From the NCBI GenBank assembly GCA_002269645.1, contig NIVC01001822.1:1-64000 (forward strand): a DNA stretch of 64,000 nt. The letters run 5' to 3'. This document shows positions 37,971 through 51,950 of this stretch, piece after piece; position 1 is the stretch's first letter, and each line of letters begins with the position of its first letter. The position numbers and the translations under genes were made by a program. This stretch comes from Macrostomum lignano. Its lineage: Eukaryota. The notes under the pieces are model-generated. The model was not told the origin of the DNA. It searched no databases and was given only the letters and a program-made list of their open reading frames with translations.

Positions 37971-39930
37971 TGGACATGAATTAGGAGGCAGTGAGGCACG
38001 GGGGTAGTTTCAAATGAAAAAATACATTCTCACTTTTTTGATTGTTTGATATTTATAGTTCTAATATACATTCACATGCAGTGCTTATGGAAAATCAAAC
38101 TGTTTTGGCTAGATCTTTTTACACATTACTTGATAAATATTTAATACTTTTAATAAAAACACAAATAGTGAAACTATAAGTTTTGTACTTTGTCTAAACT
38201 TTGTCCTTTATATGTGTGGAGGGCCTTTTTCTTGTACCAAAAATAGAAGTCTTTCTTTTAAAATGAAATGTTTTACTATAGGAGCCTGATTGAAATTATT
38301 TTTGTGAAAGGCATCATATTATTAAAAAAGCACAAAATGCCCACTTACTGATGATATCAGTGAGTGGACAAAGAACATTAATAAATGAATTAATTAGTTT
38401 TTGTGAGTGAATAAATTCACTTATAATGTAAACTTCAAAAATTTAAAATGTATTTTAAAGAATTTTAACTCATTTAAATATATTCTATTCTTTTTGAAAA
38501 TACATGAGGGCTTTCAATTTTAAAGACCTGAAAATCAAAGGACTTTTAATGACTTACAAGTCTTATCTAATGTAGGGCCTATGGTCAATTGCAAACTCAA
38601 AGAAATCCAAATAGGCCTAGATAATTTTCACAATTTCTTTAACTTTATATTTGAATATAGATAACAATGCCAACAAAGATGCAAGTCTAATTTTCAAAAA
38701 TGCCTCTTTTTCATAGGTTCATTTGGCAAAGTAAAAAGGATCTACATTAGATCATAGCTTTAACTAGTCTACCAGTTTGCAGAGTGCCACCAAAATAATT
38801 CTAAGGTTATTAATATCAATGATAAAAACATTTTATTTCAACAATTTTTATCTTGTTGCCTTTGGTTTATGTATATATAAAATTCAAACTTTGAAAATAC
38901 ATTTTATTCACTCTATGTTCTATTTATCAAATATTAACATCTTTTATCTTATCTACTCATTGACACTTGTTCATTTATCAGCATTTTTAAAATAAAAAAT
39001 TATATTTTTTCTAGTATTGCAATTATCTTATATTAAACTACATGTTGCTTTCCTAGTACTACTAGGAATAGTAGCCTAGTAGGATTGCTACTTAAAAAAC
39101 TAAAAAGAATATGGTGCATTAAAAAATATGGTTTCATACTCCTATATCTTTTTAGATGCAACCTTTTATTGTGCCTTTATATAATTAGCTAGGCCTATTA
39201 GCTAGGCCTAACCCTATATAGGCCATAATAGCCCTAGGCATATATAGTAGCCTATACATATATAATGTCAATTGAAACTTAATATGCCTAATTAATACTT
39301 ATATGTTATATTATAAATTTGTAATATTGTAGACCTATCAAATATCAATCTACTCAGAGCAGCCATCTCAGTTAAGGCTTTGTAGTTGTAGTTGCAGTCT
39401 TAGTCTCAACACTCACTTAGACCTACTCATTAGTACTGCCATTTACAACAAAATCATTTTTTGCGCAAGGCAAAAAAATGGTGCAGGTAGAAATGTAAGC
39501 TAATTATTGTTAGTAAAATGAAAGAAACAAATGAAGAAATTCAGTCTAATTTTTTTTGTCATAAATTTTTCTTAGTCACAACTTTCAAAACTTTCAAATC
39601 CCAAAAAATTCTTTTCTAGGCTAAATGAATAAAATGATAAATCAAATGCTTAATGCTTAAAAATAAAAAAATAGTATAAAAATAGTGTGTTTAATTTTAA
39701 GTGCAAACAAAGAGTAGCCATAACTAACAAGTGAAATATCAATGTATCATTATTTGAAGTGGAAATTGAACATTTTGCTACTGTTAGATTGTCAACAATC
39801 CAAAAAAGTCTAATTTGCATAGAAATTTAGGGTCTTTGGGTCTTGCACATTAGGTCCTATTTGCACACTTGTGCAGAAAATTCAAATTTTGAGCATTTAG
39901 CTGTAGCAACACTGCTCTTACCTTTATTAT

Positions 39931-40335
39931 TAGAGGTTGGACGGGATTGAAATCTTAGGGCAGGATCAGGATGGGGAAATATTTTTTCTCGGGATTGGGA
40001 TCGGGATTTGAGAATCGGGATTAGGTCTTTTAGTGTAGTGTAGTGTATTGATATAAAGTTAAAAAAAATTGAGAAAAGATTGTCAAGATCAAGAAGTAAA
40101 ACACAATGAAATTGATATGAAGTTTTGTAACCAACAAATTAAATAATATAACAAGTATAAGTTAAAGCAAAATACCCTCAAGTAATCACTAGGCCTAATT
40201 CTATGAATTTTTAATCAAAAGACCTGCTCCTGAATCTCAAGTTTTTTAGGGTCGGGATTCTGGTCCCGCAGGAATTAAATTTTCCTCGGGATCCCGAGAT
40301 TTCGGCAACAGGATTTGGATCCCATCCGACCTTTA
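39931..40335. mobile_element. hAT-type MITE, 405 bp
   Basis: Ends TAGAGGTTGGACGGGAT / ATCCCATCCGACCTTTA, 8-bp TSD TTTATTAT and GGGAT(T/C) subterminal repeats. Confidence 0.8.
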
Positions 40336-41639
40336 TTTATTATATACATTAGCCTAATGATTAGGCCTAGTCATTATACTACAAAGTCTTGAAAGTCATA
40401 TACGACTATTTTAACGAAGCATATATTGTTTTTGAGCCTTTAGTCTAGACCTTACCACTTAGAAAATTTATCTTCTACAGTGGAGGGTGGAGCCAATTAT
40501 TTAAATATGTCAATTTAGTTAAATTAGTCTATGTCTTGTCTTTATTTCAGTTAAACACAGGACAATTAATTTGGAATATGATAATTTTTGTCTGAGCCAC
40601 ATTATTGACATAGCGCCATGTGCATATTTTTGTTATTGGCAGAGGACCATGGGACAAGCACTGCCTATTTATAGCACTAGGCCCTCTATTTATAATGGCA
40701 GACCTTAAGAAAAAGACTGTCGCGCGCAAGTAGCTAAAATTTAAATAAAAAAAAATCTTTTTGAACAGGTACACAAATACAAAATGTTTTAAACAAAAGT
40801 TAACTGTTAGAAGCTTAGTTAGCTAGGCATAGTCTAAACAGTAAAAGCTGTTAAATTTTAAGCAAAAATATATAAAAGACGTTAGTTAATATTCTGTATT
40901 TTTGCTAATTTATTTATTCGATCATAAGAATTTCATTCACGGTTGCCACCAAAAGCTTGAGTCGACCCGCATAGAAAATAAAAGCCATATTCATGGTTTA
41001 AAATCACTCTATTCTTCCATGTTAGCCAGCCAATCAGGTAAGTCGGAAGAAATTCCTAGTAAAAGTAGGAAGACGGAAGAATTGTTTAATTTAATGAGCG
41101 TCGCGGAAATTTAGGAGTTATGTCCGAATTTATCTACTGCGGTTAGTAGTGCGCAAAGTTTTTTGCAGTAGTAGTAAATGTGGAATTTCATATTTAGAAG
41201 CCCTGACGCCAAATCTCAGCCGTTTTTTGCTCGCCGTAGCAACGCTAGCTCTCACACTATTAAATTTAACAAAAGTACATAACTCTTATCACGGATACGA
41301 GTCTGTTTAATGACAAAAACGTATAATTTTTTCTTAATTTTTACACGGTCTCCAATCTCGATTATTTCTTTATTTAATTTTAACCATAATGCAAGAAAAA
41401 TGAACAGTGATCAGTTGGAGATGCGCGTGGGAAAGAGCGAATGCGTGAATGTATTCACAATATGTCTATAAGTAGAAACTGAAGAAAATAAGAAACAGAA
41501 AAGCAGTGTGTTTTTGGGAATCGCATTTATATCCAAATTTTTTTATGTTATAAGATTTTTTTGCAAATGAATGCAGTTAGCTGACACACTTAGCTTCTAG
41601 GGGGCGAGCAGCTCGTCGAGTAAGTCGCCGCGGACAGCT

Positions 41640-42775
41640 AGCGTCTTCGCCATTTCAAGCTGGGCCTCAGTAGTACTGGCGGAGGATTGTCGATCAATAG
41701 CGTACACAGGAGATACATTGAAAAATCGGCCTCCAATGAAATTTTCACCAATTCTGAGTCTTCCGTCCTTCTACTTAAGTAGTCCTTGCATATAGGAGCC
41801 GGAGTCGCATGTAAGAGCATCACGACCTGAAATATGATAATGAACAGCAAATATAAATGTGCCGTTGAAGTTTAACTTTTATAAATGGCAAACCTTTAGT
41901 GCGCTTTTATTATTATACAATTGCAAAACCTAAAACTTCAAATTATGATAATCATTTCTTTATATTTGCAAGGAAGTGACAGACATTGTTAATTAAGTTT
42001 GAAAAGCCTCCATACCTATTAGTTCGATTAGCAGCTCCTTAGTAACAAAGCTTGGTGGCTGCCGTAGCATCGATCGCAGCATTATAGCCTGAATGGCGAT
42101 GTTAAGTCGCTGTTTGTTTATTGTTACAGCCGGGAGCTCATCATCCAGATTACATGTACATGCCGCCTCATCGCCGTCCTGTCCAGTCGCGATGCCATTT
42201 TGCTCCTCCATCAACCTATCCTGTGGTTCAGGCGTGTTTTCTTGTGTAGCCTGTCCAACCGTCCTACCACCGTGACTCTGGCCGCTGCACAATTCGATCA
42301 ACTTATCGAGCTTTTTGTCCATCTGCTTCAGTCGGACGGTTGCCGATTGTCGGCGCCCCTAAAAAGTTAGGGAAATTCATAAAGCAAAACATAACACAAA
42401 TACTGTACAGCTAATACCACATTTTCTAATCTATAGTTTTGCAAGCTAGCCGCCTACTGTAACAAATAAGTGCCAGGCGCTGTCCAGCATATCATAATTC
42501 TCACCGTCTCTATTCCCATGATTGGGAGGCAGTTCCTGATCAGCGCAAAGGTAGGCAAAGCAGGGACCATCAGAATTCCGGGTTGTAAACTGCTCGAGGA
42601 GCGTCCGTCTACATGTACCATACTTTCCTCCCGTAGCATAGACGTAGAGGAGCCTCTAATTCTTTGCTCGCTGCAGTAATGACGCACAAGTCCTGTTCAT
42701 TGACGGCTTGCATCGCATTCTGAGCAAAGCGAACTACAAACCATTTGTTTAATTGGTGCTCCATGTGCAACCTGA
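41640..42775 (-). pseudogene. Degraded multi-exon coding remnant of unknown type (possible transposon accessory or BEN-like protein)
   Basis: Three GC-richer blocks (about 42775-42500, 42360-41993 and 41830-41640) in AT-rich DNA, two with TTTCAG/TTTTAG acceptors. Internal stops are present and there is no confident domain match. Confidence 0.3.
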
Positions 42776-45394
42776 AATAACTGCAAGGACAGTGAAAATA
42801 AAATTAGTCATATTTTTCGATGGTACTGCACTATTTTTGTGAAGCACATTTTTTATTAACTTTTGTGTTTCTTCTACCAACTTTGGCAGTTTTACAACTT
42901 TACAGTTAGTACTTCTTAAACTTTCTACTTATTCCAGGCAAATATACCTATTTTATTCAAGAAAATTATGCTCGCTTTTGACGGCTTCTACATGCCCAAC
43001 AGCTTATACATTGCTTTTTATCTGACATGATAAAGCTAGAAGTCAATAATCACAATTAAAAAAAATTATGAAAAAATAACAAGGACAAAATACTACTGAT
43101 GATAAAAATCAAATGATGGGAGCTCAAACTGCAAATGCAAGTACATGCAAACAGGTTAATTTTGTGATTTAATGATTTAAAGTTATTTATTGATTTATAA
43201 TGATTTAATACTGAATTCTAGATGCCTTAAAAAGAATTTTCATTGATAAGCAGGATTTTGAGTGACTATAAAACTGTGAACCATTTTAGTTGTTTATTTC
43301 AAATATGTACAAAAAGTATCGCTTTAAAATGAAGCTACCTAAAAGCTGAGATAGTTCTTACATTTAAAAACTACATGTTTTGGCTGCTAAAATTGAGGAT
43401 AGAGAAACAAAAAGTAATGCTTCTTTACAGATTTTTCTAACTTTATTTTTTATTAGAATAATGCAATTAAAATTTTGCTAATATATATATTAGTATAACT
43501 ATCAAACATAATTCGTGTTCAATGTGTCTTTTACTATGAAAGTTTCAAGATAGAATTTAAAAGATGTATTAAATAAAAATATCTATTCTTTATAAATAGC
43601 AAGACACACAAGCCAAGGACTAAACAGTAATTAGTAGTATAGTTGCACACCTATCGCTTAGATCTTTAATTTTTTTGGTTATTAATACCCTTTAAATAGT
43701 AGAAATGAAAAGAAAGCTAATTTCGAGATTGAGGCAAAAACTGAGAATGCGCACTTCCATGTTGCTAGCCGCGTCTCAGTCGCATCAAAATTTTAAACTC
43801 ATGCCCCAGATGCGGCTGTAGTAAAATCTTATAGATTATGGTCTGAAAGTTATGTCCCAAAAGATTTCGCGCGATAATTCGATAGTTCATTTATGTACAA
43901 GTGAATGCTCGCGCTTGTAAAATAAAAATTATAGACTGAGCATGCAGCGCGCGATAACATACGTATGAAACATTCGCCGACACTTATTCAGACACTTCTA
44001 CAGACACTTTAGTTTCTGTCGTACGGTTAGGAACAAGCATTAAATTTGTCTAGGACACTTCCTAATTCATATTTAATGAAATAAAGCAGTCCATGCATAG
44101 TTTTAATTTTGAAATTTTGTTTTTGTGCACTCGTTCCAGACTTTCAAATTATGGCTTTTATCGCGTAGCGTGCACATGCATCGTGTACAACGATTAGCTG
44201 CAGTGTGCTAAATAGTTCACTGAGGTATTAAAAGCGTACAAGGAGACGAACCTCAAGTATTTGTACATTTTAGTTGAAGTTAAAAGTTCAAGCTTTTAGT
44301 GAATCATTGGAAAATAAAACTATCCGTTTTAAATCGTGCAACATATTGTTTTGTCTCGGACATTTGTGACACTGTCACTTAGGGTTGCAAGGTTTTTAAA
44401 AAGAGAAACTGTTGCTTTTCCAATGCTGAAGTATTTGTGTTGTATGGATCAGGGTTTTTCGTCAAAATTTGGATGCATGTATACATCTAAACATGTATAT
44501 GCAGATGGAAATATAATAATCAAGATGCCATATGTACATTTGCCAACATTTTCAGATTTTGTATAAAAATGATCAAGGTTGAGGATTACCCTATGGTATA
44601 ACTGTTTTCTCCATTTTACTATTTCAAAGTGCCCACGTGAAGTTAGATTTAGCATGCCAGCCTTAAAAAATAAAAAAATCTACATAGTGTATAATTGTAT
44701 ACTCTTTTATTTAAGGCTATATTATATTCCCAATATATTTGCTTAGATAAATCAAAAAGTATTTACTTTACTTGAAAAAAATAATGTTCACTACAAATAT
44801 TTCAATATAGAAACCAGGAAACATAAACCTATTAAGTCTTATATAGAAATGAAGGATAAAGATATGGATAGAATATAATAAAACCATTGTGGGCATTAAA
44901 TATAAAACAAAAGAATCACTTAAGGCAAAATTTGAAAAAAGTGAATTTTTGGCATGCTCCAAGAAAAGAGGCTTATAATTTGAAATATTTTTGCTTTTGT
45001 TTGACAAAAAATATGTGTAGATTTATACTTTTGGGCAAGGTTTATTTTCTCTTAAAATTCTAATTGTAAATTTGCCAGTAAGCTTAAAAATTGTTGTAAG
45101 TTGAAGCTCAAATAAAATTAGTCTTAACTCCAATCTGACTTTCCAAAGTAAATCCCTAAATTATTTGTTACAATTGCTTTTAAAAACTTGCCATTTCATT
45201 CATTCATTAATCAAAATTTTGTTCTAGAAACTGATACCTATAGAAGGTTTATAGTTTTTAAGAAATCTAGTAACTAGTGTCAGAGAAATATGTTTATATA
45301 GGTTTTATATATATCAACCTTATATATAAAAAAGGTTTCACACTGAGATTTAAATACAGCTTCTAACATGTGTGTCCAGAGGTGAGATTATGGC

Positions 45395-46680
45395 CAACTG
45401 CACACCAATAGCATACCAACTCCATACTGACATGCCAACTGTATACCAACTGTATACCAACTGTATACAAACACCATATCAACTCCATACCAATATGCCA
45501 ACTGCATACCAACTCCATACCAACTGCATACCAACTCCATACCAACATGCCAACTGCATACCAACTCCATACCAACTGTATGCCAACTGCATACCAACTG
45601 CATACCAACTCTATACCAACTATATACCAACATGCCAACTGCATACCAACTGCATACCAACTCCATACCAACTACATACCAACATGCCAACTGCATACCA
45701 ACTGCATACCAACTATATTCCAACATGCCAACTGCATACCAACTACATACCAACATATCAACTCCATACCAACTGCATACCAACTCCATACCAATATGCC
45801 AACTGCATACCAACTCCATACCAATATGCCAATTGCATACCAACTCCATACCAATATGCCAATTGCATACCAACTCCATACCAACTGCATACCAACTCCA
45901 TACCAACACCATACCAACTGTATGCCAACTGCATACCAACTCCATACCAACATGCCAACTGTATACCAACTGCATACCAACTCCATACCAACATGCCAAC
46001 TGCATACCAACTGTATGCCAACTGCATACCAACTGTATGCCAACTGTATGCCAACTCCATACCAACTGTATGCCAACTGCATACCAACTCCATACCAACA
46101 TGCCAACTGCATACCAACTGCATACCAACTGCATGCCAACTGCATACCAACTACATACCAACTATATACCAACATGCCAACTGCATACCAACTGCATACC
46201 AACTCCATACCAACTATATTCCAACATGCCAACTGCATACCAACTGCATACCAACTCCATACGACCATACCAACTATATTCCAACATGCCAACTGTATAC
46301 CAACACCATACCAACTGTATGCCAACTGCATACCAACTCCATACCAACATGCCAACTGCATACAAACTACATACCAACTGCATGCCAACTGCATACCAAC
46401 TCTATACCAACTATATACCAACATGCCAACTGCATACCAACTGCATACCAACTCCATACCAACATGCCAACTGCATACCAACTGTATGCCAACTGCATAC
46501 CAACTGTATGCCAACTGTATGCCAACTCCATACCAACTGTATACCAACTCCATACCAACATGCCAACACCATACCAACTCCATACCAACATGCCAACTGC
46601 ATACCAACTCCATACCAACTGCATGCCAACTGCATACCAACTCCATACCAACATACCAACTACATACCAACATGCCAACT
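45395..46680. repeat. Inner tandem domain of the left foldback arm (11-bp CCAACTSYATR and 8-bp CCAACATG modules)
   Basis: About 1.3 kb of mixed modules; the inverted counterpart is at 53425-53712. Confidence 0.95.
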
Positions 46681-46749
46681 TATATTATGCCACACTAAAC
46701 GAAAACATGGCAAATTCATACCATTGTTTCATGTTTCAGGCTTCTTTGC

Positions 46750-49086
46750 ATGGCAGCGAAGAAAAGTGTGTACGACACTTCTGAAGCCATTAGCGGTGAC
46801 CAGTCAGGTGCTGCTGGTGCACAAGTTTTTTCTGCTGGAGGTGTTTTTTTGGAATCATGCATATCAACTAATCTCTTCGTGAATCACTTTGATACAAGAA
46901 CTTGTAAACTTAAGCCTTCTTGGTTTGATGAAGTCATTTATCTACTGTTAAGACAGCATGGTGAGTATTGTCAGTTCTCAGTTAATAAGGTTAGACTGCG
47001 TGCATTTAAGCGCCATCGGAAGGACTGCAGTTTTCTTTGGATGCGCCTAGTCTGTGCCGAAGGCTCTGGTTGCAGTATGGCATTCGTCGTCACCTTAAAC
47101 AAGGCGCCGACTGATGGGCAGTCCTCTACACTGACGCTACGAAGAATCTCAGAGCACTCGAGGAATGATGTTCCATCAAGTTGTTCCTCTTATCGCTATC
47201 TGTGGCAACGAGGTTCACAAGAGTGCCGTAACTTTGTTTTATCTCAGGCCAACAACGCTGCTGCCAAGCCAACGCAGATCTATGTGAAAGCAATCGAGCT
47301 GTTTGGTAGCGAAGCATGCTCTCTATCTGCTGTCCGTACAACTGTTAGTCGGACAAAAGCTGCCGACGACAAGTCTCCAGACGACATAAGAGATTTAAGA
47401 CTCCAAATGAAAGACTGGAAGTTGACTATAAACGAGGATGGAGTCATTAGCGGCTATATCCAAAAGATTGACGTTGCACCAGTTGGTGTGATTCTCCATA
47501 CCTCCATGCAGTTGGATTTGCTTCGCGACGTGCTGAAAGGCAATCAGCTTGCTCCTCTCCACTTAGACGCCACCGGCGGAATTGTGCGACAGACCCAGAA
47601 CGTGCCGAGCACTGTACTTCTGTGCAGTGCTGTTGTTGCAACCCCGGATATAAAGAGAACAGCTGTATCAGAAAGCATCATGGAGGTCACGCGCTCGGAA
47701 AATGTGTCCAGTTGGCTAATGCATTTTTTAGCAGATTTCGCTCGTCACTGCAACATAGGACTGTGGGAACTACCCAAGAAAGGTCCGCAAATCTACGTGT
47801 CTGACTTTAGCTGGGTTTTCATTCATGTTATTCTCCGAGCCGCATGTACGACCTGTGTTACAGACTACCTGCGTGTACAGTACAATCGACTTCGGAGTGC
47901 TGATCTGAAGCCACCTGAATCTCCTGTTGTGTTTATCTGTAGCTCGCATTTGCTGCGCGCTGTTGCCAGGACTTTGAAGTCACCAGATAAAATCGATAAG
48001 GTTACTTATCGCGAGTTCATGCTCTCTTTTGCACTATTAGTGACGTCGAAAACTTTGCGTTGCGCCCAAGCTGTTTGGAAGGCAATGGTCGAGGTGTTTA
48101 CCTCCAGGCGAGTAGGTCCTGCCACTTTGAAGGCTTTACAAATTCTACATGGTAGGTTCGACTTCAGTTCGTTGGAGATTCCTGATGAAAACCAAGTGGC
48201 TGAAGATTCTGCTAATGTCTCAAATGCAGTGCAAGAAGACGTCGCATTGGCTGAATTGGAGACTGGACTACGAGCCTCATCACCTTTTGCGAAGTACTTC
48301 AACGATTTGACAAGCGAAGTGACAGCAAGCGATGGCAATGGCGTGCTGAACAATCTTTTCTACCCTCAGGCTGTTCAGGTTGTATTGCGAAAGTGGATGT
48401 CACTGTTTCCTCTTTGGAGTGTGGCAGTGTTTGGAGGAAATCGTAGCGCACACGTGACCAACGCCGCTGTTGAATCATGGTTCAGCTGGGGCAAAAGCGA
48501 AGCACTGCCTTCTCCAAGTTCTCGGCTCAGGTTACCAAGATTTGTCCGTGCGCAACTAACAACCGTAAAACTGCAACTGAAGCGGTTGCAGCACGAGCAA
48601 CATCCAATTCGCCCCCCGAAGCGTGCTAGAGGACGCAAATGTGGCTTTGATGCTCCGTTAAACCCACCTGGAGATCCCTGGAAAAGGTCCAGAGCCTCAA
48701 AAAGACAAAGAACCAGCTTCATTCAATCGGCATTATCAATTCCGCCAGCCGTTGCACCCACGACCTGTACTCTAGCTGCGCCTGCTGCAAGTGGGTCTCG
48801 CTCGGGCAGCCAGCCCGTCATTGTCCAGGTTCGGCCTGCTATTGCACGCACGACCTGTACTCTAGCTGCGCCTGCTGCAAGTGGGTCTCGCTCGGGCATT
48901 TCACCTGCACCAACAGCACAGAATACCACCTGTCACAGCCTACCAGATGAGCAAATTGTGAGTGATGAAATTGCATTTTTTCAGTTTAGAAATACCTTCA
49001 GTCAACCCTTGTATTGGTTTACGTATTGTGTATGCGCCGTACACTCACTCCGCCACAATTTGCGTCTCCCACTAGATCTGTCGTAG
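46750..49086 (+). CDS. NOF/MULE-type DDE transposase, 778-aa uninterrupted ORF (probably the first exon of a longer gene)
   Basis: LHLDATGG (D at 47566), VSDFSW (D at 47803), ICSSH (CxxH, 47938) and TNAAVESWF (E at 48472). N-terminal C..GC...H zinc-finger-like segment. Located inside the TIRs. Confidence 0.85.
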   Translation: MAAKKSVYDTSEAISGDQSGAAGAQVFSAGGVFLESCISTNLFVNHFDTRTCKLKPSWFDEVIYLLLRQHGEYCQFSVNKVRLRAFKRHRKDCSFLWMRLVCAEGSGCSMAFVVTLNKAPTDGQSSTLTLRRISEHSRNDVPSSCSSYRYLWQRGSQECRNFVLSQANNAAAKPTQIYVKAIELFGSEACSLSAVRTTVSRTKAADDKSPDDIRDLRLQMKDWKLTINEDGVISGYIQKIDVAPVGVILHTSMQLDLLRDVLKGNQLAPLHLDATGGIVRQTQNVPSTVLLCSAVVATPDIKRTAVSESIMEVTRSENVSSWLMHFLADFARHCNIGLWELPKKGPQIYVSDFSWVFIHVILRAACTTCVTDYLRVQYNRLRSADLKPPESPVVFICSSHLLRAVARTLKSPDKIDKVTYREFMLSFALLVTSKTLRCAQAVWKAMVEVFTSRRVGPATLKALQILHGRFDFSSLEIPDENQVAEDSANVSNAVQEDVALAELETGLRASSPFAKYFNDLTSEVTASDGNGVLNNLFYPQAVQVVLRKWMSLFPLWSVAVFGGNRSAHVTNAAVESWFSWGKSEALPSPSSRLRLPRFVRAQLTTVKLQLKRLQHEQHPIRPPKRARGRKCGFDAPLNPPGDPWKRSRASKRQRTSFIQSALSIPPAVAPTTCTLAAPAASGSRSGSQPVIVQVRPAIARTTCTLAAPAASGSRSGISPAPTAQNTTCHSLPDEQIVSDEIAFFQFRNTFSQPLYWFTYCVCAVHSLRHNLRLPLDLS

Positions 49087-49493
49087 TAATGTATGTGCCA
49101 TGTCTCAGCAACTTGTGGGTAAGGTGCAACCTTATCAATCAACTCTCTTTGTAGGCCTCCTCCGTCTCGACTGGCACAGGTATTTATATTGCACAATCCA
49201 ACATGTTCCGTATGATGCACGTTTCTGTTACGTGATTGTTCTCTGATTAGAGATCTAAAGTTTATGATTCTATCATTTTTTTGCTTTTCGTGTCACCGAT
49301 TATGCCCTTTTAAGTTTTACTAATTTCCATGAATTAGCATTCAACATGTTGCTTTCCATAAGTATTTGTACTTTTAAGTTTCGTTTCTTTTGCTTACGTC
49401 GAGGCGCCATTTTTTGTTGTTAAATGGATGTGACTGGGCTGTTCACTGGGACATTTTGATGGTAAATTCGTTCCTAACCGCCAATTTTATTAG

Positions 49494-50581
49494 GACGCGC
49501 CGACACTGCAGTGTCATTTCCTGCACTATCGCCACGGTCGCCAGAGGGGCCACCGAATCCGACGGGCACGTATTGTGCTTTCAATGCCGCCAGTCAATGC
49601 TTGGTTGCAACATTAACGAGCGCACTATCGTGTGATGCAGATTCACCACTTGCGCTGTTCCTTAACTGCCTAATGACAGGCAAAGACGTTCTGTTGCTGC
49701 ATTCAGCCGCGTTTCAGTGGTGCAGTAAAGCATTTCATATGGATCCTATGGCACAAAACTGTGCCTTAGAGTTTCTGACCGGAATGCTGTTTCTTTCTGA
49801 GCTCAAACCGCGATTTAGCTGCGAGGTAAGGGTGAACGGTTTATTAAGTTTATGACTATTTAAATGCGTTTTAGTAAAGTGATTTAAGCCTGCATCCTGA
49901 ATCTAAATTTATTTGTAAGTTACCTTCGAAGACAGTATATACTTTGCTGACTTATGGGAAGGCAAAGAATACCTTTCAATCGCGCTTCCACTGTGTGTTG
50001 GTCTTCACAGTTGCACCATGAGTACTGTTCCTATCCATATTTTTTATTTCGTAGATTTCTACAACTTTGAGTTGTTCCGCCTGTTTCAAAGTGACACGAC
50101 TGCTACCTAGAGACACGGCAACTATTCTACGTTTATCAATCCTGATCACGACGACTCGCTTGATTTCCCGGCACTCATTAGACAGTCACTGTTTTCTACT
50201 CAAGACCACACCGACATCTGTTGTCCGACTTGCGACGTCGGGGGGTGCAGCTATGCACAAACACTTGCAACAACGTCGGAGCACATATGCATGGGAATTA
50301 GCCGAGTCTCTGTCAAGCGCAGAAAGGGACAAACTGTACTATTCGAGAAGAACACTAAAGTTGTACCCATCGAGATGAAGCTTACTTTGAGTGGCAGAAG
50401 CTACAAGCTTCGTGCATTCATCGTTCACATTGGTAGTCGCGTGAATAGTGGTCACTATATTGCATACGTATTCTGTGGCCGCACTAGCTACTGTGTCAGT
50501 GATTTGACTGTACAAAAAGTATCTTTGTCAGCGGCATTCAATGACGTGAAGCGAAACTGCTGCGCTCATTTTTACGGCTAA
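49494..50581 (+). CDS. Ubiquitin-specific protease (peptidase C19/USP) domain in two exons (49494-49825, 50055-50581), with one 1-nt frameshift near 50141
   Basis: Cys box GPPNPTGTYCAFNAASQCL, QNCALEFL, zinc-ribbon CSAC...CPTC, His box YKLRAFIVHIGSRVNSGHYIAY, then CVSD. GT-AG intron in phase 0. Confidence 0.8.
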
Positions 50582-51950
50582 CGTGTTGGTGATCTCCGTG
50601 TTATTAACATAATGTGGACGGTTTACTTATTTTCTTGAGTTTATTCGTGTTTGTAATGGTCTCATGCCGTTGAAAGTATAAATTCATAACTGATGATCGT
50701 GCTGTGTAATGTATTGATAACAAAAACTTTTAACTGTGTTGAAAAGGTCTACATATATACATGTACGGATTTGCATTTTATAGTTTACCGCCATTTTATA
50801 ATTCTCTATTTTTCTGTATGCGCTAAAAGCTGGGACTAAACGCCGTTAGTAAACCGTTTGGACAACGTGAGTTCTAAAACTTGTAGTGTCTACTATATAC
50901 TCTTTTCTGGCAGCTAAATACTCTCCATTTGAGTATAATCGTAATTGTTTTTGGCCTGTGAAACCTGTACACCTGTCACTTATCACTTAGGCCAATAAAT
51001 GTCACAAAAAAAATTGTTCCAATCAACGAAATACGTGCCATGAAACATTCCTTTGCTTTATTTATCCGAAAGAATTTATTTTAACACAAGGACTGACAAC
51101 TAATACGAGTAAAGGAAATAAAACTGTTCAAATATAAGTATAAACTACAATTAATCGTTCAAGGAAGCATAGATTAAAAACCACATAAGGTACTTGTCTC
51201 ATAGTTACTACTACGCTGAAGTCATTCAACTACATACTTTGTTGCAATGAAAATTGTTGCATGGTACAATAGATAAGCCAATAAGCTATACGAACGGTAT
51301 GACTTTGTTTAATGCTCGAATACCAGCGTTCTTATTTTCGTGCAAAAGAAGCTGGACAAACTGTTATTCAACACGCATCCGATATTCCGTCACGCATCAT
51401 CCTAGTATGTTACTCATGTGTGATAAATAAAGGCAATTAGATAAATAGCATGCACGGTGAGCAATTATTTAGGCCCTAGACAAACCTACTTGGAGCGTTC
51501 GGAGATTTTAAAGCTATTGGCCCTAATTGCCTATCGCCGGTCGGCGAGTCCTACCAGTCTTTCTCCAATAGCCGCAGGTACAGTACAAGAAAAGAAAGAA
51601 CACGAGGGAACACGAACCGAAAGATTTAGGGAGTGATAATCCTATAAGAATAGCTAATAAGCAATTGACTTGACGGTTTAATTTGACACATTCAATAGTT
51701 ACAAGATTCAAATTCAAAGCGGCGCAGATAACTAGAGTTGACAAAACGACGATAACGGTTAACAATAATAATTAGATTACGCAACTGGCAAGCAGATCTC
51801 AGCTGAGAAGAAGAGGAAGAGGAACCGAACACGACCACGGAGAAGACTCCTAACCCCTGGCCTAAACCAGAACCTACTCTCAAACAAGAGCACTGCCGAA
51901 TCGACTGTTCAACGGAGCACTGACTAAATTCTATAAGCGCTGCCCTTCAG

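Noticed and set aside
44336-45007. Identical short ORFs appearing twice (44336-45007 and 54100-54772)
   Set aside because: They are chance ORFs duplicated by the transposon's inverted arms.
51523-51765. Hydrophobic ORF as an env-like gene next to the LTR-like segment
   Set aside because: It starts at TTG, is 80 aa long, and no gag/pol sequence is nearby.
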